64,000 nt of DNA from Callorhinchus milii (lineage: Eukaryota): positions 8,992,001-9,056,000 of the forward strand of contig NW_024704743.1 of NCBI RefSeq assembly GCF_018977255.1, in the 5' to 3' direction. Both the position numbers and the translations under genes were made by a program. How positions within the stretch are numbered: the stretch's first letter is position 1; each line of letters begins with the position of its first letter. Positions 11,495-24,405 of this stretch are shown here, piece after piece. The notes below the pieces were generated by a model. The model made no database searches and was not told where the DNA came from. It saw only the letters and a list, made by a program, of their open reading frames with translations.

Positions 11495-11562
11495 GAGCAG
11501 TGGTATCTAATCTTGTTGGTCGGCCAACCAAATAAAATTTTCTTTATTGAATTTTTCTTCAA
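11495..11562 (+). mobile_element. hAT/Charlie-like MITE terminus (related copies at about 35465-35535 + and 52930-53012 -)
   Basis: Shared ggtcggccaac(c/a)aaataaa..ttct..attga motif next to a CAGTGGTTGGCAACC-type end, best preserved at 52995-53009 on the minus strand. Confidence 0.55.
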
Positions 11563-13378
11563 TTATGGCAGTGCAATGTGTATCGCAGCTCAGAAATTAT
11601 GGTATTGATTTGGCGTGGAACCTGCCTGGACTGGACCTTGTTTCCAGAAGCTATCAAGGCGTAATACCCATGGCGCAGTTTTGATGGCGAGGCTGGTTGG
11701 GGCAGGCAGAGAATATGAAGAGATATGAAGAGATTCGCCAAGCAGAGAGGTTGCAGAGATAGGTTGGGGCAAGGCCGTGGAGGGATTTAAATGCAAGGAC
11801 AAAGATCTAGAATTCGGGTGAATGACCTATTTGAGCTGGACGATTGTTGGCCAGGAGATTGGGAGAAAGTCACTTCTCTTTTTAAAAAAGGAAAATTCGT
11901 GTCTGTAGGTCCCAAGAATATATGATAATATCCAAAGATTCATTTGTACAACTGCATTCCAATAATATTATTGTAATTGTATTCTTTTTCCATCTGTACG
12001 CACTGCTCAAGTAGAATGCAGAACTTAATTTTCTGACAATATAAATTTTCTTTGTTGTGTTCTCGTGTGGATTGAGTTTGATGTATTGAAATTGCATTTT
12101 ATGGAAAATAAACAAGATTACAAACTTTTTTTTAAGTTCAAAAGAGACTTTGAATTATATGAAGGGTTTATTACAAGTGCTTGTGTTACATATTCATACT
12201 ATTTGTGACTTCCACGAGTCTGGTTATTTCTCATTAACTACAAAAAAAATCACTGCTGAAAGATATATTATACTGAGTTGTTTTATGTGCAATTTAAGGT
12301 TATAAGTCTGTTGTATGCTTAAAAAATTCCAGACATCCAGTAACTAAGAGCTCTCCAGTTAAGTAACGGCTGGGAGTAGTTCTAGGTACTAAAAGGTGAC
12401 ATTAGCAAGGACACGGTAAGTAATACAGAAATATCCAGCTGGGTGGTGTGACATGAGAACCACATAGCAAGTCTACATTAAAATGCAAACGTTGCAATAT
12501 ACTGTATTTCAATGTATATTATCAAAGCCAATCAGGCTTTGATGTCTTACAGTAGAGTTGAGGCAGGTGAGAAGTGCATTTCAGCTCTGTTGTTTCCAAA
12601 CATCCTTCTGTGGGCATTTGCACCATCTCAACACACACCCCAGGTAAGATGTTTTGTATTGAGAATACATAGATGAGAGTTACAAAAATAAATATATAAG
12701 TAAATATTTGAATTACTGTATTCGATTTGTATTTTAATTCAATAATGACTGTAGTATGTACTTTTGTACTGTTACACTGAAACATGTTTTGTGGAGTACG
12801 TTGCCCATTCATTCAGCAAGCAAAGGAGAACAAGTAAGCGGATTTCAGAGTTCTAAACCTGAGCTGTTCCATAAACACACACAAGACTTTAACACTGTAC
12901 AGATGGTAAGGCAGACTGAGAAAAATACCGCAGGTTTTAATCATTGTGGACCAATTAAAGCAGATTGGCCAAGGAGTTGCAGCTGGATTTTAATGTTGAT
13001 AGATGTGAAGAATGTGCAATGCAACACGAAGACAGTAAACATTTGTACACAATGAAGGTATGTCCATTAGCAATGGTGGAGAAGGTGAAGGATTTGGATG
13101 TGATCATCGATCATTCATTGAAGTTAATCTGAACCTGCTATCAGCCAAGCTAATCAAACGCTAAGTTACATCTCAAGGACGTAAACCAAAAGAACTTATT
13201 TCTAACTTTGCATAATTCTCTGGAAAGACTAGATTTGAATTCTGGGAGGTAAAGCTCCTAATATGGGCATAAGGTATCAATTTAGGTCACTCTCAGCTCT
13301 GAATTGGAAGGTTATGGGTTCAAACCCCAGATTAGGAACTGAAAGTCAGCCTCAAATGTATAATCGAAGCTGACACTC

Positions 13379-13690
13379 CAACAACAACAACAACAAAATT
13401 ACATTTGTAAAGCGCCTTTCACGTCGGGAGGACGTCCCAAGGCGCTGGACAGACAGAGTTATGGACCTGAGCTGGGAGTCAGGGTGGGGCAGGATGGAGG
13501 GCAGGGGGGGAAGCAGGGAGATCGAAAGCATGGTCGAAGAGGAGATGGGTCTTGAAGGTGGCAAGGGAGGGGGCGAGGCTGAGGGACCTTGGGATGGAGT
13601 TCCAGAGGGTGGGGGCAGAGTAACAGAAGGCTTACCCACCAATAGTGGAGCGAGCGAGGCAGGGGACGTGAAGCAGGCCGGAAATACCAA
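13379..13690 (-). mobile_element. L2 LINE 3' fragment inserted in a family B SINE (about 13285-13958 +)
   Basis: (CAA)n tail at 13379 and the L2 terminal motif. SINE B sequence lies on both sides, with ccaaca at both junctions. Confidence 0.82.
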
Positions 13691-15687
13691 CAGCCCATCT
13701 GCTTTGTGAGGTGTATGCTAAAGATCGCATGATACTATTCAAAAATAGAAGGGAGTTTCTCCCAGTGTCCTGGCCAACAATCCCCCAGATAAAATTGGTC
13801 ATTCACTTCATGGATGTTTGTAGAACTTTGCTATGTGCAAATTGGTTGCCATAATCACATACAAATGTGGAAGGTTAACCTTCCAGCAATTATCTATGAA
13901 GCACTTTAAATAGTGTGATGTTTTAGACTCAAGATCAAATGCAAGGATTATTATTACAACCATGCTTCCAGCCTATATCAAGAAATTAAAGCATGTAAAG
14001 TCAGTTTCTTGAGGGTTTTCCTGGTACAAGACCTGCCCATCGGGAAGAGCAGCTACAGGAGAATTGGAGACTGGAATAGCTTTGTGAGTAAAGATCAGTC
14101 CTTGCCTAATAAGGGTACTGCTAAGTAAGGAATAGGAGCACATTTGCTGGTAGATCAGACCAAAGTTGTATATACAGCACCTTTGACAATACAGTAGACC
14201 TCAACTTTTGCAATGGAATAGCATTCCACAACAACAACTTGCGTTTATATAGTGCCCCTTAAGCAGGGTATTGAATCGCTAGATGAAATTGCTACAATTG
14301 AATCACTATAGATGAAAAAAAGACCAAGTCCAACTAATTCACCTTCCTGGCGGTCGCACATATGTCCCAAACTACCAGAGTCTCCTGGACTATGAGCTCA
14401 ATATTTTTGATAATAATAATGATAAGAATCCTTATATTTGATATAGCGCTTTTCACATCAGGAGAATGTCTCAAAAACGCTTCACAGGATATAATGTAAT
14501 GGAATCACTGTGTGTATTTTGCGGGTGACAGTGGCAGCCAATTTGCACACAGCAATGTCCCACAAACTTCCATAAAGTGAGTAACCACTTTTATTTAAAA
14601 TACTGACACTTTTACAAAAGGAGAAATTCATACAAAGAATATTATGATTTTTTTGGCCCATCATTCTTCAGCTACAACATGTCTTGACATTTACATTTAA
14701 AAACCTGGCTACCAGCAGCTATCTCTACACACAGGGAGGAGGGAATACAGGGGGATGGGAGAGGTGAGGGAATAGAAGACGTGGAGGTTCATGTGGAGCA
14801 TAAACACTGGGATGGCCTGATTCCATACTGTAACAATCTCTGTAATTCTTTGTAAGCAAATCACACGATATCAGTGAACACCTTTGCGCTGCGAATGCAC
14901 TACTTTTCTTCAGTACAGATTAGTTTTTTCAGACAGTTACTGCATCGAAATTCTTCAAATGTATTGACTGATCTATGCATTCTATTCAAATTAAAGGATG
15001 TTACGTTTACATATGGCCAAATTCCTAATGACACAGCTTGCTTTATTTTACTTGGTGCTGCTTATTTTGAACAATAAATTAATTTGATCTTGAGTCTGAA
15101 ATTGGAAAGTGTGCACGCAGAAGACGAGCACAGTTGAATAAATAATAAAAGCTACAATTTATTACCAAATTACTGAACTCAAAAGAACTTGTCAGTCATC
15201 AGGAGTTAGTACTGTGTGAGGAGCTTTTAGTGAGCACAACAGGCTGGAGAAATGTGTTCAGAATACACCAAGGGCTCGGGATCTTCCGAATAAAGATCAT
15301 GCAGACCGACAAGACTCGCAGAGGCAATTGAAGTTCAGCCAATGTGGAGCTGAGTATCTATCAATACTTTTATTCAGAGAGAAAGAGTCTAGATTCTTTC
15401 CTTTTCTGTTAGCTGAGCAAGTGTAGGGAATTGAGGATGAAAATTTGTATTAGGAGCAAAATAAGCAACGTGGGCGGCACCAGGCCTTGGTGAAACCAGT
15501 TTGCTGTGATTGTGGTCTGTATAAGTAACACGGCTTGGATGGAGAGCACATTGCCAATGTGCGTAAACTCTGGCTGGAGCATGATGACCATTAAAAGGCA
15601 ATAATACATTGCACAAATGTGCTGTCAGACTATCTATAATATTAAATGGGATAATTTTCATCTCTCTGGTTTTCAGGTCTTCACACT

Positions 15688-18600
15688 TTAATAATAATAA
15701 TCATCCTTGTGTTTGATATAGCACCTATCACATGCCCGAAACGTTTTAATGTGTCACATGATTTTACTGTAGAGTGTGTAAAGACTGGGTATTTGTAGTT
15801 GAGATAACACATTTGTGCTGCGGCTGTCCTACAGCACCCACCCTGACTGCCCCTTCCCCCACTCTTGCCACAAGGCCCACCGGCCCTCACCCACAGGAGC
15901 CAACCTTTCCTCCCTCATTCACATCCCCATCCAACCCGTCTGTCCACCCCTTCCCACCCCTCATCTTCCCCACACTCCCACCACTAACTGTCCCCTCTGC
16001 ATCCATCTGCAGAACATCCGCTCATTAACCAACAAGTCCCTCACAATCCATGACCTCACCATCGAGGAAAATATCGACATCCTCACCATCACCCCAGGCG
16101 ACACCTTCCCAGCAGTTGAGACCACACCTCCAGGTTACACCTTTCACCTAATCCCATGGCCTAATCGTTATGGTGGTGGTGTGGCTCTCATCTCCAGGTC
16201 CACTCTCGGCCTTTCCCCTTACGCCTCCGGAACCTTCCCCTCCTTCAAACACCTTACCCTCTACCACTTCTCCAGGCTCTCCCTCAAAATCCTCCTTGTC
16301 TACCGTCCCCCCAAACCTTCCCCCACCTTCCTCTCAGACATCCCCCCCCCTCCTATCTTCCCTCTTCCTCTGCTCTGAACGCCTCCTAATCCTAGGTGAC
16401 CAACCTCCTCTTCACCCCCTCCTGCTCTACCTGTGCTGACTTCTCCTCCCTCTTCTCTTGCCTCAACCTCTCCCTCCTCATCCACTCCCCCACCCACGTC
16501 CGTGGCCATCCCCTTGACCTGGTGATCACCCGGGACCTCACCATCTCGGACATCACCATCATTGATAAAACCATCTCGGACCACCACTTCATCTCCCTCA
16601 ACACCTCCGTATCCCTTCCCCTTTCTCAACCCTCCACCATCACATACCATCCGTGGAAAAAAATTTCCTCTCTCTCCCTCTCCACTGCCCTGGAGTCATC
16701 TGAACTCCTTCACCTCTGGCTCTCCCTGATCGATCTCCCCTCCTCACTCTCTTTTCTCCACAACTCCCTTGCCCCCCTCACCTCCCGAACTGCCTCATAC
16801 TCCCGTAAATCCCCCTGGTTCACCAGCCATCTCTGTTCTTTCAAGGCACAAGTGCGAGCTGCTGAACACACCTGGACCAATTTCAAACTAACAGCCCACC
16901 GGCAGATCTGGTTTCACCACACCAAGATCTACCGCTGCGCTCTTGCCTCCGCCAAATCCTCATTCTACTCCAAGGTTACCTTGGAGGCAAAGGACAACCC
17001 CCGGCTTTTCTTTTCCACCACAAACTGTCTCCTCCATCCACCTTACCACACCTCGCCCATCCTCTCCTCAAACTCCAACTGTGAGGAGATGCTGGATTTC
17101 CTCAAAAACAAAATCGAGGAGATACATTCAGCCACCTTTCCCCATCCACAGCCACCCCCACATCACCTCTCCCTCATGACCCACCACCTCACCCATCCCC
17201 CTCTATACTCCTTCGACCCTATCTCTCCCTCCTCCCTTTCAGCGATTGTTCGCAAGCTCAAACCCACCACATACTCCCTCGATCCCATCCCCATCTCTCT
17301 CCTCATATCCGAGCTCCACCTTCTGGCCCCTCTCCTGTCCGATGTCATCAACTGTCAACTGGTTCAGTTCCAAACAGCCGTCATCACCCTCATCCTGAAA
17401 AAACCTTCCCTGGACCCATCCCTTCTCTCCAGCTACCGCCCCATCTCTAACCTCCCATTCCTCTCCAAGGTCCTGGAATGAGTCGTTGCGTCCCAGCTCC
17501 GCTCCTTTCTTTCTCGCCATTCCCTCTTTGAACCCCTCCAATCCGGCTTCCGCGCTGCCCACAGCACGGAAACAGCCCTGGTCAAAGTCACTAATGACAT
17601 TCTGAACATCTGTGATCAGGGCTCCCTCTGCCTCCTTGTCCTCCTCGACGTCTCTGCCGCCTTCAACACTGACAACTACGCCATCCTCATATACCGCCTT
17701 TCCTCTTTACGTAATCTTTGCAGACCTGCCCTTGCCTGGTTTGATTCCTTTCTCTCTCACCGTCTCCACTTTGTTGCCTCTAACAGTTTCTCCTCCAGCC
17801 CCCGCACTGTCACATCTGGCGACCCCTAGGGCTGTGTCCTTGGCCCTCTCCTCTTTAATATCTACATGCTCCCCCTTGGTGACATCACCCGCAGACATAG
17901 GGTCAACTTCCATATGTATGGGGATGACACCCAACTCTATCTTTCTGCCTCCACCCTCAACTCCAGGACCACTCGTGTCCTGACAGACTGTCTGTCGGAC
18001 ATCAAGTCCTGGATGAGGGCAAACTTCCTACAACTGAATGTGAACAAGACTGTAGCCCTCCTGATTGGCTCACGCCAGCGCCTCAGCACCTCAGGCTCTG
18101 GCAGCATCAACCTCCATGGTTGCCCACTTCAACTCACCAAGCCAGTCAGGAACCTAGGTGTCTTGTTCGACCCTCAACTGTCTTTTCTTCCCCACATCCA
18201 AGCCATGACCCCCTCTGCCTTCCCTCACCTCCGTAACATCGCCCGACTCCGCCACTACCTCACCCCTCAGGCCGCGGAAACTCTTATTCATGCCTCCATC
18301 ACCTCCAGGCTCAACTGTGCAAACGCCCTGCTTGTCGGCCTTCCCAACTCCTCCCTCCACAGGCTGCAGATAATCCAGAACTCTGCAGCCAGTGTCCTCT
18401 TCCACACCAAACTCCGTGACCCCATCTCCACCATTCTCGCCCGACTCCATTGGCTCCCTGTCCTTCAGAGGATCCAGTTCAAGATCCTGGCCTCACCTAC
18501 AAAGCCCTCCATGGCCTCGCCCCACCCTACCTCTGTGACCTCCTAACCCCTTACCAACCCGCCCACTCCCTCCGCTCAGCCGGCTCCAGCCTGCTCCACG

Positions 18601-19311
18601 TCCCCGACCCATCCTTCCCACCATTACCGGGACAGCCTTCAGCCACTCTGCCCCCAACCTCTGGAATTCCATCCCCCAGTCACTCCGCCTCACCCCCTCC
18701 TTCGCCTCCTTCAAGTCCCGCCTCAAAACCTTGTTCTTCAACCATGCCATTGGTCATTCCCCTTCCTCTCCTCTCCCTTCTCCCTCTGACCCCAGCTCGG
18801 GTCTGAAATGCTGTACACTGTCTAGCGCCTTGGGATGTCCTCCCGACATAAAAGGCGCTATATAAAAATGTAATCTTGTTGTTATTGTTGTTGTTGTGCC
18901 TGGCAATGTCTCACAAACAGCCATGAAGTGAATGATCAATTTTATCTAGAGGACTGTTGGCCAGGACACCTGGGACTTCCTTTTCTTTTTGGATTCCTTC
19001 TCTTGTTGGATCTTTAATGTTCACTTGAACAAGTAGGTGGGACTTTGGTATAAAGTCTCATCCAAAAGTTAGCACCTTTGAAAACGCAGCACACCTCCAG
19101 CACTGCACTGTAGTGTCAGCCTAAACTATGAGCTCAAAGTCCTGACGTGGGACTTGAACTCAGAATCTTCAGACTCAACAACAACAAAATTACATTTGTA
19201 TAGCGCCTTTCATGTTGGGCGGATGTCCCAAGGCACTGGACAACAGAGTTATACGGAAGTGGGAGTGAGACTTAGAAGTGAGAGTGCCACCAAATGAGCC
19301 AGGCTGACACA
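15688..19311 (-). mobile_element. Family B Deu SINE split by the L2 (pieces 15688-15828 and 18895-19311)
   Basis: Tail half lies left of the L2. The Deu core and head (..gagccaggctgacac) lie right of it, and the halves are colinear across the insertion. Confidence 0.8.
15829..18897 (+). mobile_element. L2 LINE covering almost all of ORF2 (APE endonuclease + RT), inactivated
   Basis: [82 protein letters not shown]. (TTG)n tail. Several stops and frameshifts. Confidence 0.95.
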
Positions 19312-20309
19312 TCTGTGGACAAAAGGTTTCTTTTTTATATTATTATCAGGCTCAACTGTAAACACCGACAGACAGAAGCACAGTCTGAATAGTCTGAATA
19401 GTCTGAATTCCTCTAAGTGTCATTAGCTGATGTAATGTGTGCGGTTAAGGTTGTGAGTGATGGGGATTGATTGATTACCGAGGCCTCTTGATCATTGAGA
19501 TGAGGCGAGGACTTTCATATGGATGGAGTTCACTGAGGGTCTGTCACAGATGTAACTGAGCTGCAAAGTAATCTGAACTGAGGTGGAGGCAAAGTGTTTT
19601 TCTGCTGAATATGCATGGTAATGGGAATCTTTTTTTAATTGCCTCAGATGTTACGGAGCTTTTATTAACAGTAAGAGAATTCCCAATGGTGAAGTCATTG
19701 CTTTCAGTACGTTACCGTACTTACTTTTCTCTCTGTATATTCTTTGTGATTTTTCAATAATACTGCCATATCTGAATAGGTTGTGCCATTTTCACTTGTC
19801 CAATTTTCAATGCTCTCCATAAGATCTTTTATCCAATGTAAATTATGGGTGAATAGTGCCAATAGTTGCTGTTAAAAAATAAAATTGCTGCTTTGTTCTT
19901 TGACCTTATAGTAATGTTTCTCCCCGTTACTATCTCCCTTGGATTGCATATCAGGCACCATACCAGACCTAGAGTACCTTATTCCCAGGCCCTCACACTA
20001 TCTCTGCAAGTTAAATGTGTCTGGTTGTCCCATAATATCAGTTTTATCACTGAAATGAGAACAATGTCCCAGAGAGAGATATTATACAGGAACTATGACA
20101 TTATTTATCCATATTCCGTAGCAAGAAACAGATGCCACTCAAGTCCCACAGGGGTAAGTTAAAGCAAAATGTTCTAGTGGTAAAAATATAAGAAATTATG
20201 ACAAATGTTAAAATTCAGTAACATGACAATAGAGATAATTTCATCAATTGGGTGACACTTCCCCTTAAAGCAGCTCAAGTAATTTATAGAATGAAGAACA
20301 TTATCTTAT

Positions 20310-21022
20310 TCAACACCAACACAACAAATTGCATTTATATGGTGCCTTTCACATCAAGATGACTTCCCAAGGAGCTGGACCGTCCTTGGGGCATCATTTC
20401 CCACTTGAGCTGGTAATGGGAATGTAGACCGGTGGAGGGCAAGGGGAATGGGGGTGCAAGGATGACCTTCGAGGGCTGTCTCAAGACCTTAATTCTCAAT
20501 GGTGCCTTTGGACATCCAGAACTCTGCAGCCCGTGTCCGCTCCGGCACCAGACTCCGCGACCCTATCACTCCCATCCTCACCCAGCTCCATTGACTCCCC
20601 ATCACTCAGAAGATAAGGTTCAAGATCCTGGTCCTCACCTTCAAAGCCCTCTACGGCCTTGTTCTTCTCTACCTCTGTAACCTCGTAAGCCCCTACCAAC
20701 CCGTCCACTTCTACCGCTCAACGGGCTCTGATCTGCTTCACGTCACCCGCTTTGCCTGGCCCACCAATGGGGGGAGAGACTTCAGCCTCTCTGCCTCCAG
20801 CCTCTGGAACTCCAACCCACAGTCCCTCTCCCTCGCCCCTCCCGTTGCCCTTCAAGAACTGTCTCAAGCTCTCTTCGACTGTGCCTTTGATCACCCTCCT
20901 ACCCCTCCCCTCCCCACCCTCCACCCCCACTGATCCTAACCTTCAGCTGGGGTATGGATCTCTGGTACGGGAGTCCTCCTGACATGAAAGGCACTATACA
21001 AATGTAATTTGTTGTTGTTGCT
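20310..21022. mobile_element. Two divergent L2 3' fragments (about 20310-20510 - and 20512-21022 +)
   Basis: L2 tails at both outer ends; [11 protein letters not shown]-like coding in the + part. Confidence 0.8.
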
Positions 21023-21161
21023 GTTTTTGGTCATCTTCCCCCCCTCCCATTTCCTTCCCTTCCTTCCCTCTGTGATCTCAACCCAGCTTGGGTGCAAAAG
21101 CTTCATTGTTTTGCGATGTAATAATTGTCACCTGGGTTAATTACATCAGAAAGAATCATCA

Positions 21162-22755
21162 TAACAACAACTTGCATTTATGTAGCACCCCTCACGCAGG
21201 GTAGCATCCCAGAGCGCTTGACAGTGATGGAGCATAATGCCAACCTGGAGGGATGGGGAGGTGACCATAGGCACGGTTGAAGAGGAAGGTTGTCAGATGC
21301 GACCTGAAGATAGGGAAGGAAGGGGCAAGGCAGAAGGATAGTGGAAGAGTGTTCCAGAGTTTTGGGTCATCATGGCTGAAAGCACGGCCAGCGATCGTGG
21401 AACGCAGGACACGAGGGACATGCAGAAGGCCAGAGGCAGGCGAGCGGAAGCAGCGGATTGGGGTCTGGGGTAAGCAGGTCGGAGAGGTAGGGAGGTCCTA
21501 GGACACAAAAGGATTTGAAAACGTGTGTGAGGATCTTGAAATCAATCCATTCAGCAATAGGGAGTCAGTGGAGCCTGGCTAGAACTGATGAGATTAGGGT
21601 ATGGAATTTAGTACGGGTGAGTATGTAGGCGGCACAATTTTGGCTCAACTGGATCCTGTGCATGGTGGAGCTGTGGAGACCTGCAAAGAGGACATTTGAA
21701 AAGTTGGGAGGTGACGAATTTCGGCTGCATCTGGGGTAAGGTATGGTCAAAGGCGAGCTGTGTGGCTGAGGTGGAGGAAGGCAGTCCTGGTCAGGGATCG
21801 GATGTGGGGAAGAAAGCACAGCTGTGGGTCAAACCTGACGCCTAGGATGCTCACAGGTTTGGTGAGTCTGAGGGTTAGGCCGGGAAGGTTGAGGAGGTCA
21901 GAGCCGCAAGATAGAAGACATTGACAGGAGCCAAGGAGTATGGCTTCCATCTTATCACCATTTAGTTGTGAGAAGTTTTCGCTCATCCAGACCCTAAAGT
22001 CCACCAGAGAAGCCAACAGAACATCAGCGGACCTAGAGTTGCAGCTGGAGGAGGAGAAGTAGATTTGTGTGTCATACAGTACAATACAAAATTTAATTTG
22101 TGTAGAGCCTTTCATGTTGGGAGAACGTCCCAAGGCATTGGACAGATAGGGATTTGGACCTGAACAGCGAGGTGGGGGCGTGGTTTGGCGGGGTGGAGGG
22201 CCGGGAGGGTAGGAGGGTGGCCAAAGGCACAGTCAAAGAGGAGGGTCTTGAGACGTGCCTTGAAGGAGGCAAGGTAGGGAATGAGGTGAAGGGAATGTGG
22301 GATGGAGTTCCAAAGGGTGGGGTAGAGAGGCTGAAGGCCCGAGTGCTGATGGTGGGGTGGGCCGGGCAGGGAACATGGAACAGGCTGGAGCCTGCTGAGC
22401 AGAGGGACCGGCCAGATTGATAAGGGGCTAGCAGGTAACAGAGGTACGCAGATGACATCGACAAGAGGGAACATATAGTTGAGGAAGAGGAGGGGGCCAA
22501 GGATGGAGCTCTGAGATACCCTGCAGGTGTCTGGGTGATCACAAGAGGAGAAACCATTTGAAGAGACAAAGTGAAGGCCGTTTGCTAGGTAAGACTCGAA
22601 CCAGGCTAGTGCAGTCCCACTGAGGTGGATGAGGGAGGAGAGACGGTGGATGAGGATGGCGTGGTCGACCTTGTTGAACGTGGCCGAGAGGTCCAGGAGG
22701 ACGAGGAGGCAAAGGGAGCCTTGGTCACAGAGCGAGAGGAGAAAGTTTTTCACAT
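21162..22755 (-). mobile_element. Older L2 RT fragment with a younger L2 3' end nested at about 22080-22445
   Basis: LVLLDLSATFNKVDH, SILGPLLF, DTQIY, NFSQLNGDKME. Two separate L2 tails at about 21162 and 22080. Confidence 0.88.
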
Positions 22756-22929
22756 CACACTTTTCACCCCATTATTAACAGTAATGGAAATAACCTTCAC
22801 CGAATGACTAAAAAGCGAGCCAAATTTATTGAAGTGCTAGTTACCTAACTTACAATTGTTCAAGATAAGGTCAAATTTAAGAATTTTCTACATTTCTGCA
22901 GAGTCTTTAAGGCTGAAGTCAGGTGGAAT

Positions 22930-23085
22930 TTTGGCCTCAGGTGGTACAATAGATAGTGACCTTTGATCTTTTAGACCTGGGTTTAACTCCAGCTCAGATC
23001 AGTCTCAACCCACTTTTTGTTGGGCTTGGGCTCACATCTTAACCTTAAATGGGCATGAAAGTTTACCCTTAAATTGGCAATAGCA
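22930..23085 (+). mobile_element. LF-SINE-like remnant
   Basis: cctttgatcttttagacctgggtttaactccagctcaga..agtctcaaccc..aattggca resembles the LF-SINE head and body as recalled. Confidence 0.4.
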
Positions 23086-23470
23086 ATAATAATAATCCAT
23101 TTTGTATAGCACCTTTGATATTGTGAGGCTATCTATAGAGCTTCACAGGATCTAGCGTAAGATGTAGTGACTGTAATTGTAGACAAATGCGGCCAATTTG
23201 AAGTGAGTGGCCAATTTTATTAGGGGATTGTTGTCCAAAACAAAGGAGAAACTTCCTTCTCTTTTCGAATTATGCCATGGGATCTTTAATGTCCACCTGA
23301 ACAGGTAAATGGGATTTCAGTTTAACAGGTCATCTGAAGCATGTCATATCATCTGATGGCACCTCCAATAATCCAGCACATCCCCAGAACTGCATTGGCG
23401 TGTCACCCTAGACTATACGAGTTCAGAGGCCTGAAGTGGGGCCTTAAACCACAACCTTCTAACTTGAACA
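23085..23470 (-). mobile_element. Family B Deu SINE
   Basis: tgccatgggatctttaatgtccacctgaacagg Deu core, with tail and partial head. Confidence 0.8.
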
Positions 23471-23844
23471 GAAAAAAATAGAAATGGTAGAGTGGGCGGG
23501 TGGCGGTGGGGGCAGAGTGGAGGCTCTATTGAGGATTAATTCAGGCTCTACTCAGATAGAAATTCTGGTTTTGATGAAGCGTATATTCAATAAATATTGT
23601 ATGTATTTGATAGGACCATATCATAACAAAAAGTCTTGATGCAATGTACTGCTTTGAAAAACAATGAATGTTGTGTAAGTAAACTTGGCAGATATTCTGT
23701 ATCAGTAACATTCTGCCAACAGCAATGATTCATGTATTTGTTGGTGAATTGAATGAGAAGAGCAAATAAGAAGCAGAATCCTGGGAGAACTCCCTGCACT
23801 TCATTAAAATATGCGATAGAACTTTTCATTCTTTCATGTCCACC

Positions 23845-24405
23845 TCTGGTTCACAGTATTCCAGGGCACTACCGATGACAGCACAGCCATCCTTGCTCAT
23901 CAGCAGGACCTGGAAGGCAGACCAGTCACTGGGGGAAGGGAATCATCCCATTTAGCTCCTGCTAACTGTACAAGCCAAAACCCTAATGGGTAGGGTGGTG
24001 CAAGCTGGACAAGCAGCGGGAAAGCTGGCCAACAGCAATAACAATGACAAGCTATGCGTTTTTAGCTGGTTAGACTCCAGCAGTACCTCAACACAGATTC
24101 TGGAGTCCCCAAGACTTGACTCTTGCCAACTTGCCCCTAATACTTTCCAGAATTAGCTAAGCAGGAGAGAGTGTGCATTCCATTCCAACAATCTATTTTT
24201 GGGATTTCCATGTGTAGGTGGGAGGAATGGAATTGTCAGTTTGATTTGAATACTCTTAAGCATGGTGACAGGTTTCCACGTGTGTCAGACACCCATTTGG
24301 CTCCGGAACTGGACTACCAAGACCGCCACATAGGGTTGGCTCAATTCTGACATTGCGTTGCCAAACATGTCACTTTGGAGCGTATTCAACTTCAAGGAGA
24401 TGCTG
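23845..24405 (+). mobile_element. Family T repeat, body and right putative TIR
   Basis: Colinear with 6585-6975. Its right end is a diverged reverse complement of 6497-6585. Confidence 0.7.

Noticed and set aside
16396..17481. 361-aa ORF as a host gene or active RT system
   Set aside because: It is part of L2 ORF2, bounded by a frameshift and a stop. The RT motif is mutated to YGDD and there is no sign of domestication.
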